A DNA stretch of 64,000 bases from a virus (taxonomy: Duplodnaviria; Caudoviricetes). Positions 51,201 to 59,077 of the stretch are shown here, piece after piece. The stretch covers positions 35,056-99,055 of IMG/VR virus record IMGVR_UViG_3300021387_000164. One strand, written 5' to 3'. The first letter of the stretch is position 1. Every line of letters starts with the position of its first letter. Under the pieces are notes generated by a model that was not told the DNA's origin, searched no databases, and saw only the letters and a list, made by a program, of their open reading frames with translations. The position numbers and the translations under genes were made by a program.

Positions 51201-53223
51201 CGGAATTGGTTATATGTTCCAAGATGTGTTTACAGCTAAGTTTGCAGAGAAGGATGGTGATGTATCTACTAACTGGGATTTGCCAAGACGTCCAGATGGA
51301 ACAGTTGTTAATAATATTCCAATTCGATTTATAAAACGACTTGAAAATCCCGCGCTTGTGTCCAGTGATGTTATAGGTTCTGTTATGCTGTATTATGATA
51401 TGGCTACTAATTATAGCCTTAAGTCTGAAAACTTGCCAGCGCTTGAGCTTATGAAAGAAGCTATTAATCCAGAAAGAAGTACTGGTGCACATAAGCTCAA
51501 CAGACAGTATGATAAAGTAAGAAATATGCTTGACTTTAGATACTACGGCAAAGAAGACACAATCGGTGACGATACAAGTAAAGCTCCATCAGAACTCAAT
51601 AAGAAGCTTACTACATTTGGTAAGAAGTTTAGAAGTCTTGCGTCTATGTCTATGCTTGCTGTAAACTTCACCACTATTGAAGTTGGTTATATAGATGCTC
51701 TTATGAGTTCGATTGCAGATGCTGTTGGTGAAAAATACTTTACTAAAGGAGATTTACTATACGGCTATGGATTGGCTCTTAAACATCTTCCATATATCAT
51801 TGCAAACATAGGTAACCCAGCTAATGCTGATTGGATGATTTCCGCTATGCAATATAATCAGTTAAGTAGAAGTAATTCTGAAATATTTGACCGTACAGAC
51901 CAGTCTAGATTTAGAAAGGCGTTGAATCAAGTACGCATGGGTGGTTATACGATGGCTGATTATCTTATAAATACAATGATACTTGGCGCTACGTATAATC
52001 ATTATCGATTAGTACAGCTTCCTGATGGAAAGTCTAAGAAGTTTATGTCGAGAAGTGACGCAATCAGAGAGTATACTAAACTTGGTTATACAGAAAAGCA
52101 AGCAATAAAGAAGTGGAATAGTTCAACTACTACTCTTGAACAGGCTTATTATGTAAAAGATGGTATGTTTACAGTAAAACCTGAATATCAGAAATACGTA
52201 AACAAGAAGCTTGAAAATCAAATAGCAGGTAGACTTAGAGACAGAACAGCTGTTTATAATGGTGTTATCCCAGCAGTAGAAAAAGCTAAAGTTCAACAGA
52301 ATGTATGGGGTTCATATTTAACACTCATGCGTAATTTCTATGTGAACACATATTGGGAGCGCGCGCAAACAGGTTATGATACTGCTTCGAACGAAGAGAT
52401 TTTATCATCTAAACTTGGAATGCGTACAGCAGATAGCGGCGGTTATGTGAACTTCGAAACTGGAGAAACCGGTAACGGTCTTTGGTGGTCTTTCTTAAAG
52501 GGCATGTATAAATATATTTCCAACGTAAAACACCTTATTGATGGTAAGGATATGCGTCAACTTACAACAGACCAGAGATATGCTGTAAAACGTATATTAA
52601 CAGAGGTTATTATGATTGCCGGAGCGGCTAAACTTATGCTTTTATCAATAGCATTCGCTAGAGCTAATGACGATGATGATAAAACCCCAACCTGGACAAT
52701 TAATTTATTTGACCCAGAAGACGAAGATAGAAGTTTCCTGCAATATGATAGTAGAAATCACGACAAGAAATTCTTAAACTGGCTCAGATGGAAGCTAGCA
52801 CTGTTGTCTACACGTACGTTTACTGAGCGTTCTACGTTCTATTGGCCGGGTACTGTAACAGAGTTGCTTACGTCCCCATCTACAGCGAAAGCGTACTTAG
52901 ATGACCTTGGATATAACCTTGAGTTGTTCATGGACTTGTTTGAAATCAACGGTCACGATCGAAACGAGGCTATTAAAACAGGTGGCTATCGCGGAATGAC
53001 AAGAGGTACTCGTGATATTTTAAAGATTACAGGCTTTACTGGTGTCGATAATCTCGTCCGCGGATGGCATACGTCTGGCATTAAATCTACTCTTAACTGG
53101 TACGGAAACGTATCTCCAAACAATTTCTTGGTTCCAAGTAAATCTGCTTGGTTAGAAGAGCAAGGTTTGACAAGAAAAGGCAAGAAGAAAAATAATAGTG
53201 ATAAGAAATCTTACGCATATTAA
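48256..53223 (+). CDS. Large virion cargo protein (1655 aa)
   Basis: Long TAG-free ORF, FCPN N-terminus, follows RNAP as in crAss-like phages. Confidence 0.75.
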   Translation: MQAFCPNLNNKNIKAEFEELKEALGEDLAYLTWHKSEGEGLGNHPGQADSEAFKAVLDSKLGNRTEAIKQAARDLIISKITTSTNDNAQIAYDIADLIDNERKVYVDNVVNNYIKSNSDASPEQINSIKNKARIEYNKQSIQRIAPDNRIPSDVKDIIKTALLYEDLHNAEGIQPILDRANGVYDSSKHLTEKDKDIFRQIKQGTKTRLRSQFSRTIKKTRLIDEIKNQLSMINSKDEDSVDDVFYVIEDFLQRAEFEISRTTTFVKSELGDDLSKWNPQQINYIRQDLIGYYEGLLKSIKGLFNGDSAIAKANEIRREDPVAMDLEHEVNQLYNDIVNLQEDYQSTVVMPYAEKVLVDFVNNSDVIENKDQFIKNMKTWLYQDTAYGDLAAGEVVIGMASRSRSPIVRIIEKMMSDTEFERNRRVLKKGKELIKLYNEIRPVGSQISFSNFQKTFMELDGEDGTTGQPTSYFVRDRNYGRFYKEKDEFEQKLRQKYADKGVTFTINEYSGLVETHFPEEDYTADNSIYNQYYDELDEWLDKHCERRYTLEYYKKKRRFLSPEALEAQSMIQHQIDILCQKAMTDDGWVDTNKLDPHERQKLKSLRKEKKDLACPYIFRNNTDNIVVLERKVGKEAEIAEQIGKWNKYIEKHIKYKPNKEKFEAALSKYPKDSIEYRRFLADNYILRINPEIFDAMRHWWTGMFTSYGEEYESLQNRHRAILSHLKEVEGYGEPNLNKLGTGLNQDSSVWRELQYLEQEMANIRKEYEAEHGKKVHANNEENEEVPQFIISKSILSEDGSQTLYDYIRTLYINHPGLQHKNLEEFAKLFTYTDHKGTLRVLKAFSVVTPVADTFKINPLDETEEEKPSFIKTYSSQFSELDESSDFVNSNWKKELKTSLQPKIRKPGTHRHQGVIDYTNDQYNKIMSNEKYKKFYDAIMSTMDEANSMIPTRATERSYLMPQITARGMQMLGRSRSILDLQSGIGYMFQDVFTAKFAEKDGDVSTNWDLPRRPDGTVVNNIPIRFIKRLENPALVSSDVIGSVMLYYDMATNYSLKSENLPALELMKEAINPERSTGAHKLNRQYDKVRNMLDFRYYGKEDTIGDDTSKAPSELNKKLTTFGKKFRSLASMSMLAVNFTTIEVGYIDALMSSIADAVGEKYFTKGDLLYGYGLALKHLPYIIANIGNPANADWMISAMQYNQLSRSNSEIFDRTDQSRFRKALNQVRMGGYTMADYLINTMILGATYNHYRLVQLPDGKSKKFMSRSDAIREYTKLGYTEKQAIKKWNSSTTTLEQAYYVKDGMFTVKPEYQKYVNKKLENQIAGRLRDRTAVYNGVIPAVEKAKVQQNVWGSYLTLMRNFYVNTYWERAQTGYDTASNEEILSSKLGMRTADSGGYVNFETGETGNGLWWSFLKGMYKYISNVKHLIDGKDMRQLTTDQRYAVKRILTEVIMIAGAAKLMLLSIAFARANDDDDKTPTWTINLFDPEDEDRSFLQYDSRNHDKKFLNWLRWKLALLSTRTFTERSTFYWPGTVTELLTSPSTAKAYLDDLGYNLELFMDLFEINGHDRNEAIKTGGYRGMTRGTRDILKITGFTGVDNLVRGWHTSGIKSTLNWYGNVSPNNFLVPSKSAWLEEQGLTRKGKKKNNSDKKSYAY

Positions 53224-53280
53224 TATAATGATTCGTAAAAGATTCGAGCTATCTAACGGATTGTTGTATTAATAGCTACA

Positions 53281-53330
53281 AACAAAGAAAGGACTGAGGG
53301 TATATTGCATACTCCCAGTCCTTTTTGTTT
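53281..53330. terminator. Bidirectional terminator between convergent late and early modules
   Basis: AACAAAGAAAGGACTG..GTAT-attgc-ATAC..CAGTCCTTTTTGTT with A- and T-tracts on both sides. Confidence 0.85.
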
Positions 53331-53772
53331 ATTCAGGCATATAATCCTCTTCAGGTAAAATATCCCGAGGGGAGTCGTCTGTTACGGTTCCACGCGCAAC
53401 ATTTAATGCGACCCATGCGTCTTTAAACTGCCAAAATTGCAAAATGCGCAGCTTATTGACGTCCCTCAGGATAGCTACCCCCTTCTTAAGCCTATTTATA
53501 AGACTGTTAGAAGTAAAGGTATACACTATATATGGTACACCTTTAAGATATATTATTCTATATCCGTAAAAAGAGGACATATTCTTGAATTTATAGAACA
53601 CCTTTGTAGACATTACGTCATTCCAATTATACATTAGAAAAACATGGTCGTCTAAATACGGTCGATTTATATCTTCCATATATATGCCAACAAATCCAGT
53701 ATCCTCAGCAATATCTTCTAAGGATATGTTATTATCTATCAAAGGTAATATTACTTTAGCAAGATTACTCAT
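53329..53772 (-). CDS. Conserved hypothetical protein
   Basis: 147-aa ORF, ATGA-coupled. Confidence 0.7.
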   Translation of the reverse strand: MSNLAKVILPLIDNNISLEDIAEDTGFVGIYMEDINRPYLDDHVFLMYNWNDVMSTKVFYKFKNMSSFYGYRIIYLKGVPYIVYTFTSNSLINRLKKGVAILRDVNKLRILQFWQFKDAWVALNVARGTVTDDSPRDILPEEDYMPE

Positions 53773-54803
53773 AGGTTCAATGACTCTGAGCCGTCGCCTT
53801 CATAGTACTCTACACTATGATCCCACTGATCTGTAGTCTGATGCCACCATATATCTTGCATAGCTTTCAATATGGTATCTTTTCTAGAATATACATCAAA
53901 CGGATCAATTTTAAATACACGAATCTCGTTACTACCTGTAGTATCTATAGCGATAATATAAAACTCGAAAGACCATTTATTCCAGTCTTCTCCAAGCTCA
54001 TATCGCAAATACCACACAACAGCCTGATAATAATAACAAAGCTGTCGCAAGTAATCATACTGATTCATACTATCCTCAAAGTGCCACAACTTTTGTGTAG
54101 TCTTTAAGTCATAAATGATAGCTTTTTTATTCTTAACGTCAAGAGTAAGACCATCTAGTAATGATTTACACTTAACTCCAGCAGCCATTTTTATATAGTA
54201 TTCCCAGTTTATATGAAATTCGTGGTAAAAAACTTTTTTTACTGTATCAAAGTACATACCTTCTTTGTATCCTTCTTTCGTAGGACCAGGCCACACTATT
54301 TTGTGAGCAATTCTATGGGACATTATATTAAACTTGATTTTTTCAAGCATTTTCATATCCCAAGGACCGATCATAATCCTTCCATCATTTGCTTTTAGGA
54401 AGTCTATATAATCTTTCAACGTAGAGGCTATTTTAAGGCCTTCTGACAGCATTTTGTCTTCTGACTTTCCTGCTGTACTATATGCTGTCTTATAAGCGTC
54501 TAGAATGGCTCTATTTGGCTCTATTTCTAATGAAGATGCAAGCGCCTGACAGAACTTTTCCTGCTGTGCAGAAGAAGGTCTACTTTTGTCCCAGACTACA
54601 TAGTCTTTTCGGAACTCTTCAGGTTGCAGAATGTACTCATGTATCATAGTACCACGTTCCAATACAGGATTTTTCTCCTCTGGAACGTCTTCTGTTAGCA
54701 TCTTATGCAAAAAGGCTGGTCCCTTGTTTAGAAACCAGCCTATATTGGAATTACTTATACGAGTTTTATCCTCGTAATAAGGTATGGAGATATCCATCTT
54801 CAT
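53769..54803 (-). CDS. PD-(D/E)xK exonuclease (RecE/DUF3799-like)
   Basis: GTMIHEYIL, CKSLLD, YDLKTT, RQLCYY motifs. Confidence 0.8.
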   Translation of the reverse strand: MKMDISIPYYEDKTRISNSNIGWFLNKGPAFLHKMLTEDVPEEKNPVLERGTMIHEYILQPEEFRKDYVVWDKSRPSSAQQEKFCQALASSLEIEPNRAILDAYKTAYSTAGKSEDKMLSEGLKIASTLKDYIDFLKANDGRIMIGPWDMKMLEKIKFNIMSHRIAHKIVWPGPTKEGYKEGMYFDTVKKVFYHEFHINWEYYIKMAAGVKCKSLLDGLTLDVKNKKAIIYDLKTTQKLWHFEDSMNQYDYLRQLCYYYQAVVWYLRYELGEDWNKWSFEFYIIAIDTTGSNEIRVFKIDPFDVYSRKDTILKAMQDIWWHQTTDQWDHSVEYYEGDGSESLNL

Positions 54804-55045
54804 TCTTCTTTCTTCGGATTATGTTTATCAACATATTGACGTATACTATCACCATCCTTTAAGACATTCTTAGTGAAGTATCGGAGGAACCCTTTTAGTT
54901 CCTCTAACGCTTCATTAGGAGTGTCATATTTTTTATATCCCAGTATAAACCCAAATGGAGTAAGAGTGTCTATTTTCCACTCCCATCCACTAGGACTATA
55001 CACTAAAGATATGCGAACGATGTAGTTAGCTTCTTCAAGACTCAT
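54800..55045 (-). CDS. Hypothetical protein (81 aa)
   Basis: ATGA overlaps on both sides. Confidence 0.7.
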   Translation of the reverse strand: MSLEEANYIVRISLVYSPSGWEWKIDTLTPFGFILGYKKYDTPNEALEELKGFLRYFTKNVLKDGDSIRQYVDKHNPKKEE

Positions 55046-55815
55046 TTTTTGTAAATATTTAAGTCCTTCATAAGGTCCTCATATGTAGCATTCTGGTCAA
55101 TTTTTATCTCTTCCAAGAATGACAGCACATTATCGAAACTTATAGTTTTGAAATTAGACATGATGAACTTAGAAGCTGCATGAGCCTCACTTTCATCTTC
55201 TAACTCACGCTTACACAAACCGAATACGGCGTCTTCGCTCAATGCATCAAATACACGACAATATCGCACACGTGAACAACGGTCCTTTATAAAGTCGCAT
55301 ATATCATCGTCACTGTTACAAGTAAATATAACGAGCTTGCGACAAGTTGCCGATATACCATCGAGGAATGTAAGTAGTTTGTCCGAATCCCATGTACGCT
55401 GATTCTTCTCCAACTCATCAAACAGAACACATACACTCTGTTTAAATTTATTAAAGAATTCATTAAGCCTACTTGCAGGACAACGTGGATCAACTACTAT
55501 AATTGGAAGTTTAGAGTCCAAAGCGATCTTCTTTGCGGTAATAGACTTACCAGATCCCTTCAGACCTTTGAGCATTACTCCTGTAGTGTTTTTATTAGTT
55601 GTACTGAAATAATCCAATACGCGATTTACAAACTTCTTGTCTGTATCACTATAGAAATAATTGCAAGGTAACTCTAAATTATTCGACATTTCTAAGAACA
55701 TAGTTCCTTCCCAGTCGTCATACTTCAGAGTATACGTTATACCAGATTCAAGCGCATAGTCTACACCGTTTGGACGTGTATAAATTTTGCTGCCTGCCTT
55801 TATGAATTCGTTCAT
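55042..55815 (-). CDS. AAA+ ATPase
   Basis: Walker A GLKGSGKS, Walker B VLFDE, FTCN sensor. Confidence 0.85.
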   Translation of the reverse strand: MNEFIKAGSKIYTRPNGVDYALESGITYTLKYDDWEGTMFLEMSNNLELPCNYFYSDTDKKFVNRVLDYFSTTNKNTTGVMLKGLKGSGKSITAKKIALDSKLPIIVVDPRCPASRLNEFFNKFKQSVCVLFDELEKNQRTWDSDKLLTFLDGISATCRKLVIFTCNSDDDICDFIKDRCSRVRYCRVFDALSEDAVFGLCKRELEDESEAHAASKFIMSNFKTISFDNVLSFLEEIKIDQNATYEDLMKDLNIYKK

Positions 55816-55817
55816 TA

Positions 55818-56204
55818 TTATTGACTCTTTTGGTTCGTAATAATTTCTTGTATCATCTCATCTACTTGCTTGTGATTTCTCACAAGATAACATTTCATCT
55901 TTGCACGATGACGTTTCAAGTAGTATTTGAAGAGTTTAAATCTTAACGGGAAGGAATCTCCCATAAGACCTTTACACTCTACTACAAATCCACGACCTAT
56001 GAAGTCTGGCAGATATGTAATAGGACGTATTTTCTCTCCGAAATATTCGAACTTTGGTAGAAGAGTAAAGTGCTTTGGCTCATACTTAACAGGTATTCCT
56101 GCTTTCATAAAAGCTTCATACGTATAGAGTTCGAGTTTGCTACGAAAATGCAGCCCATACGCATCGACCGCTGTCGCATTCTTAACCCTTCCTTTGTTTT
56201 TCAT
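55818..56204 (-). CDS. PD-(D/E)xK endonuclease (DUF1064/resolvase-like)
   Basis: FRSKLE, YLPDF, VECKG motifs. Confidence 0.8.
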   Translation of the reverse strand: MKNKGRVKNATAVDAYGLHFRSKLELYTYEAFMKAGIPVKYEPKHFTLLPKFEYFGEKIRPITYLPDFIGRGFVVECKGLMGDSFPLRFKLFKYYLKRHRAKMKCYLVRNHKQVDEMIQEIITNQKSQ

Positions 56205-56346
56205 CTTTACATGTTATTGCAAAGACAAGCGTTCCATACTTCTCTTCGAAGTCCTTTATATCTTCATACAGCTTGTAATACAAGCCAAGTCCACCGACGA
56301 TTACGCCTAATGTAAATGTAGATATAAAATCAATTATTTCACACAT
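56182..56346 (-). CDS. Small membrane protein (54 aa), not in track
   Basis: MCEIIDFISTFTLGVIVGGLGLYYKLY...; fills gap between primase and endonuclease with overlaps. Confidence 0.6.
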   Translation of the reverse strand: MCEIIDFISTFTLGVIVGGLGLYYKLYEDIKDFEEKYGTLVFAITCKDEKQRKG

Positions 56347-57322
56347 ATCTTTCTACTGTTTTAGTTAACCAATCCTTTACAGCAAAGAACCCGTTACCTT
56401 TAACAGCATCGGATATGTCCTTTGCCTTAAACTTTTTGTGTACAAATATAGCATCTAGCTTATATTGTCTACTATATGAACGAGTTGTTTTTACACCTGT
56501 TGGGTCTCTATCATATAGTATAATGATATGCTTCCATTTACTACGCAACGACTGCAATATATCATCTGGTATAAATGTAGTCTCACTTGAAGCGGCTATA
56601 GCATTAAATCCCATCTCATATAAACACATCACATCCTTTAAGGACTTTGTTATGATGAGGAGATTACCTCCCTCCTGAGGCAACTCGGCCAGCCCCTGAA
56701 CGTGCCGATTTGTCAAATTGGTACGCCATTTAGTATACTTGGAGGCTAAAGGTCTATAAATTTTAAATCGTTCATAAACCTTATATGCATACATAGGACT
56801 GTCTTCTTTGTAGGTTCCTCTGACGACTCCATTACAAAGAAAGTATTTAATACTAAATACATTGAATTTCTTCAACGTATCAATAGATATATGAAACTGC
56901 TTCCAGTATTGTTTATCTGCAGTGGTAAATGGTTGTCGAACAATCCCTATATCAGTTACACCAGAACTTACTCGTTTAGAGTAATTATTTGTTCTAATCT
57001 CCTTATTAGGATTCATTCGTCTGACAATCGCGAGAAGCTCTCTTTCAAGTTCTTCTCTTGTTTGAACACCTTTGTATAGTTTTATGAATTTGAGAGCATT
57101 ACCTGCTTCTCCTGTTCCGTGGTCTTTAAACAATAAATCTCCAGTCTTACTAGGAAATATAGCAAAACTAGGGATTTTGTCATCAGGCCTCAATGGACTA
57201 TTCATCAGTGTTTTAGGTTTAAAAGAACCTAAATAATAGCTATAAATGTCATAATCGTTCACTTTGTCCAATAAGTCCTTAAGACTCATTGTCATAGTAA
57301 TAGCTGTTTTTGTACTATACAT
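56339..57322 (-). CDS. DNA primase (crAss-type TOPRIM)
   Basis: SPLRPDDKIPSF, FKDHG, IITKSLKDVM, YDRD, KDISD motifs. Confidence 0.85.
   Translation of the reverse strand: MYSTKTAITMTMSLKDLLDKVNDYDIYSYYLGSFKPKTLMNSPLRPDDKIPSFAIFPSKTGDLLFKDHGTGEAGNALKFIKLYKGVQTREELERELLAIVRRMNPNKEIRTNNYSKRVSSGVTDIGIVRQPFTTADKQYWKQFHISIDTLKKFNVFSIKYFLCNGVVRGTYKEDSPMYAYKVYERFKIYRPLASKYTKWRTNLTNRHVQGLAELPQEGGNLLIITKSLKDVMCLYEMGFNAIAASSETTFIPDDILQSLRSKWKHIIILYDRDPTGVKTTRSYSRQYKLDAIFVHKKFKAKDISDAVKGNGFFAVKDWLTKTVERYV
57303..57322 (-). repeat. 20-nt direct repeat copy 1 (ATGTATAGTACAAAAACAGC) at primase start
   Basis: Identical to 60093-60112. Confidence 0.95.
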
Positions 57323-57343
57323 GGCTTATAAGCTCTTTTGTAT

Positions 57344-57395
57344 TGTGGAGATTGCTGGAATCGAACCAGCATTATGAGTATACTACACGATCTCT
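57344..57395 (-). ncRNA. tRNA-like element A (acceptor stem + T-arm only)
   Basis: GAGAT...GCTGG-TTCGATT-CCAGC-AATCTCC-ACA; D and anticodon arms replaced by ~19 nt. Confidence 0.65.
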
Positions 57396-57662
57396 TCTTT
57401 CGATCATTACCTTTCCTGATTTGCGCACAACTGGAGATACACGCTTTCATCAGACACCCTCGAACTAGTATTCCTCCAGTTCCCTCATCCTTGTATACTT
57501 GACTTCCCAACTGTCAAAATCCCCAGGTTGACAGAGATTTGGCGGTATTTTGGCACTCTGTCATTGTAGGTTTCTCCTTTTTGTATTTGCGCCCCTCTAT
57601 AAAATCATAAACGCAAGAGGCCTGAGAATGTATCTGCATGCACTGTCCATTCTCGTTTTATT
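57396..57662 (-). ncRNA. Putative structured ncRNA between tRNA-like elements
   Basis: No convincing ORF; stems GAGAATG/CATTCTC, TTGCG/CGCAA, CTGTCAA/TTGACAG, AACTGGAG/CTCCAGTT, CTGAT/ATCAG. Confidence 0.45.
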
Positions 57663-57710
57663 TGTGGTCTAGTTAAGATTCGGACTCAACTTAAACTACC
57701 ATAGTAGACC
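57663..57710 (-). ncRNA. tRNA-like element B (minihelix, 6+6 bp)
   Basis: GGTCTA...GTTGAG-TCCGAAT-CTTAAC-TAGACC-ACA. Confidence 0.6.
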
Positions 57711-57716
57711 TAAAAA

Positions 57717-58163
57717 TTAAAGGTATTTTTTCATTGTTACAGTTCCATTATCATTGTATTTTACGACCTTATAATTCATTCGTTCGTACCATTTTTGCAT
57801 CCACGAATCTTTGTCGGTTACCAATTCTATAGAACACATTCCCAATTGAACAGCGAGCTGCTCTCCTGCCAAATGCAACATCTTTCCAATACCTTTATTT
57901 CTTTTACTTTCGTGTACAGAAATACTTCCAAAAAAACACTCTTTTGGGTGTTTCTTTTCTATCCCCATATTATGTACACCACAACCGTCGCTTGTTACCG
58001 TTGTATAAGATGTTCCCCAATACCATTGGTTTTTATGAACGATCAACTTTGGTTTACGACAGAATTCAGTTCCGGTTAACCTCGCAAAAGTTGAAGCAAT
58101 ACATTGCCCCAATTCTTGCACTGTTGTCCATAGGTTTTTCAACCCATTCAAATTTAATTTCAT
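57717..58163 (-). CDS. GNAT-family acetyltransferase
   Basis: SVHESKRNKGIGKML acetyl-CoA motif A, WYERMNY; start uncertain. Confidence 0.75.
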   Translation of the reverse strand: MKLNLNGLKNLWTTVQELGQCIASTFARLTGTEFCRKPKLIVHKNQWYWGTSYTTVTSDGCGVHNMGIEKKHPKECFFGSISVHESKRNKGIGKMLHLAGEQLAVQLGMCSIELVTDKDSWMQKWYERMNYKVVKYNDNGTVTMKKYL

Positions 58164-58203
58164 CTGACTTCATAATATTCTCTATGTATTTTTTTGTAAA
58201 CTA

Positions 58204-58611
58204 CTACGAAATTAATCGTTTTAGTTCTCTCAACCATGCTCCTAATTGAGCGTGTTGTTGTCCACATACATCACATTTATGTTCTTCAGAAACATTATCG
58301 CAATGTTTTATAGCTTCGTCTAATGATATTATTTTACTATTTTGGTTACTAACTACATCTTTTTTCTGTATTTTTTTTTCATATACATCCATAGCTAAAT
58401 AACATCCAATAAAATATATAATAGCTGCTACAGAACATGCAAATATGGTATCTAACTTTACAATAAGTTTAGTCAATACTACTGATATTACAGCTGTAAA
58501 CGAACCCATGAGTGACGCATGTAATTTTGATGATTTAATTATCATCAAACTTCTTAAGACTCTCATAAATACTCTTATGAAAGTTGCAATAATGTAAAAT
58601 ATTAATTCCAT
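58204..58611 (-). CDS. Membrane protein fused to small Cys/His domain; ends TAG TAG (extends to TGA at 58066 if read through)
   Basis: Hydrophobic helices then SLDEAIKHC...CDVCGQQHAQLGAWLREL. Confidence 0.6.
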   Translation of the reverse strand: MELIFYIIATFIRVFMRVLRSLMIIKSSKLHASLMGSFTAVISVVLTKLIVKLDTIFACSVAAIIYFIGCYLAMDVYEKKIQKKDVVSNQNSKIISLDEAIKHCDNVSEEHKCDVCGQQHAQLGAWLRELKRLIS

Positions 58612-58637
58612 ATTGATTATGATTAAAATTATTTATT

Positions 58638-58772
58638 TGTACTACTAGCGAGATTCGAACTCACATTAACTGCACCATGTATGGCCGTTCTATCTTTATG
58701 GCGAACACCCTCCTCGCCTTCCATCTGATATTATCTCGTGGCAGTGGTATACCAATTCCCACTCATAGTAGC
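58638..58772 (-). ncRNA. tRNA-like element C with 67-nt insertion replacing the anticodon loop
   Basis: GCTACTA/TAGTAGT acceptor, GGAATTGGTATAC D-loop, ACTGC/GCAGT stem, GTGAG-TTCGAAT-CTCGC T-arm, ACA end. Confidence 0.7.
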
Positions 58773-58780
58773 TTTTAGAA

Positions 58781-58924
58781 TCATATCTCTTCTTTAGATG
58801 ATTCTTTTTTAATTTTGTTTAACACTTGGTTAACCTTTTTAGAAAGATTAACCTTTTCTCTACCTCCTTTGTTCCAGTACCAGTCTTTCCAGTATCCTGG
58901 CTTGTGATAGTCTTTCTTTGCCAT
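58781..58924 (-). CDS. Small basic protein (47 aa) between tRNA-like elements
   Basis: MAKKDYHKPGYWKDWYWNKGGREKV...EEI-TGA; fills the spacer almost exactly. Confidence 0.55.
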   Translation of the reverse strand: MAKKDYHKPGYWKDWYWNKGGREKVNLSKKVNQVLNKIKKESSKEEI

Positions 58925-58926
58925 AT

Positions 58927-58999
58927 TGTGGATGTGGGAGGAATCAAACCCGCCGTTACATGGCTCACAGCCATCATTCTGTCACTGAATTACACACCC
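58927..58999 (-). tRNA. Degenerate tRNA-His(GUG)-like element D
   Basis: Cloverleaf GGGTGTG/CACATCC, anticodon loop CTGTGAG; but T-loop TTTGATT, no D-loop GG, no G-1/C73, ACA end. Confidence 0.6.
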
Positions 59000-59077
59000 T
59001 TAATAAGCCCTGTGTACGCCTCAAGTGTCTTATCGTACTTAACTCCCTCGCAATGGGAGCTCCTAAGCCAGGACTTT

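Noticed and set aside
463-53183. Numerous - strand and off-frame ORFs inside the late module (and + strand ORFs inside the early module)
   Set aside because: Shadow ORFs of real genes with no recognisable motifs.
57446-57453. CTGATGA on - strand suggesting a hammerhead ribozyme
   Set aside because: Could not build stems I-III with a correctly placed GAAA and cleavage site.
57292-57510. 72-aa - strand ORF
   Set aside because: TTG start, overlaps tRNA-like element A and the primase start; better explained as structured RNA.
58927-58999. Functional tRNA-His
   Set aside because: Lacks G-1/C73, D-loop GG and TTC T-loop; reported only as degenerate.
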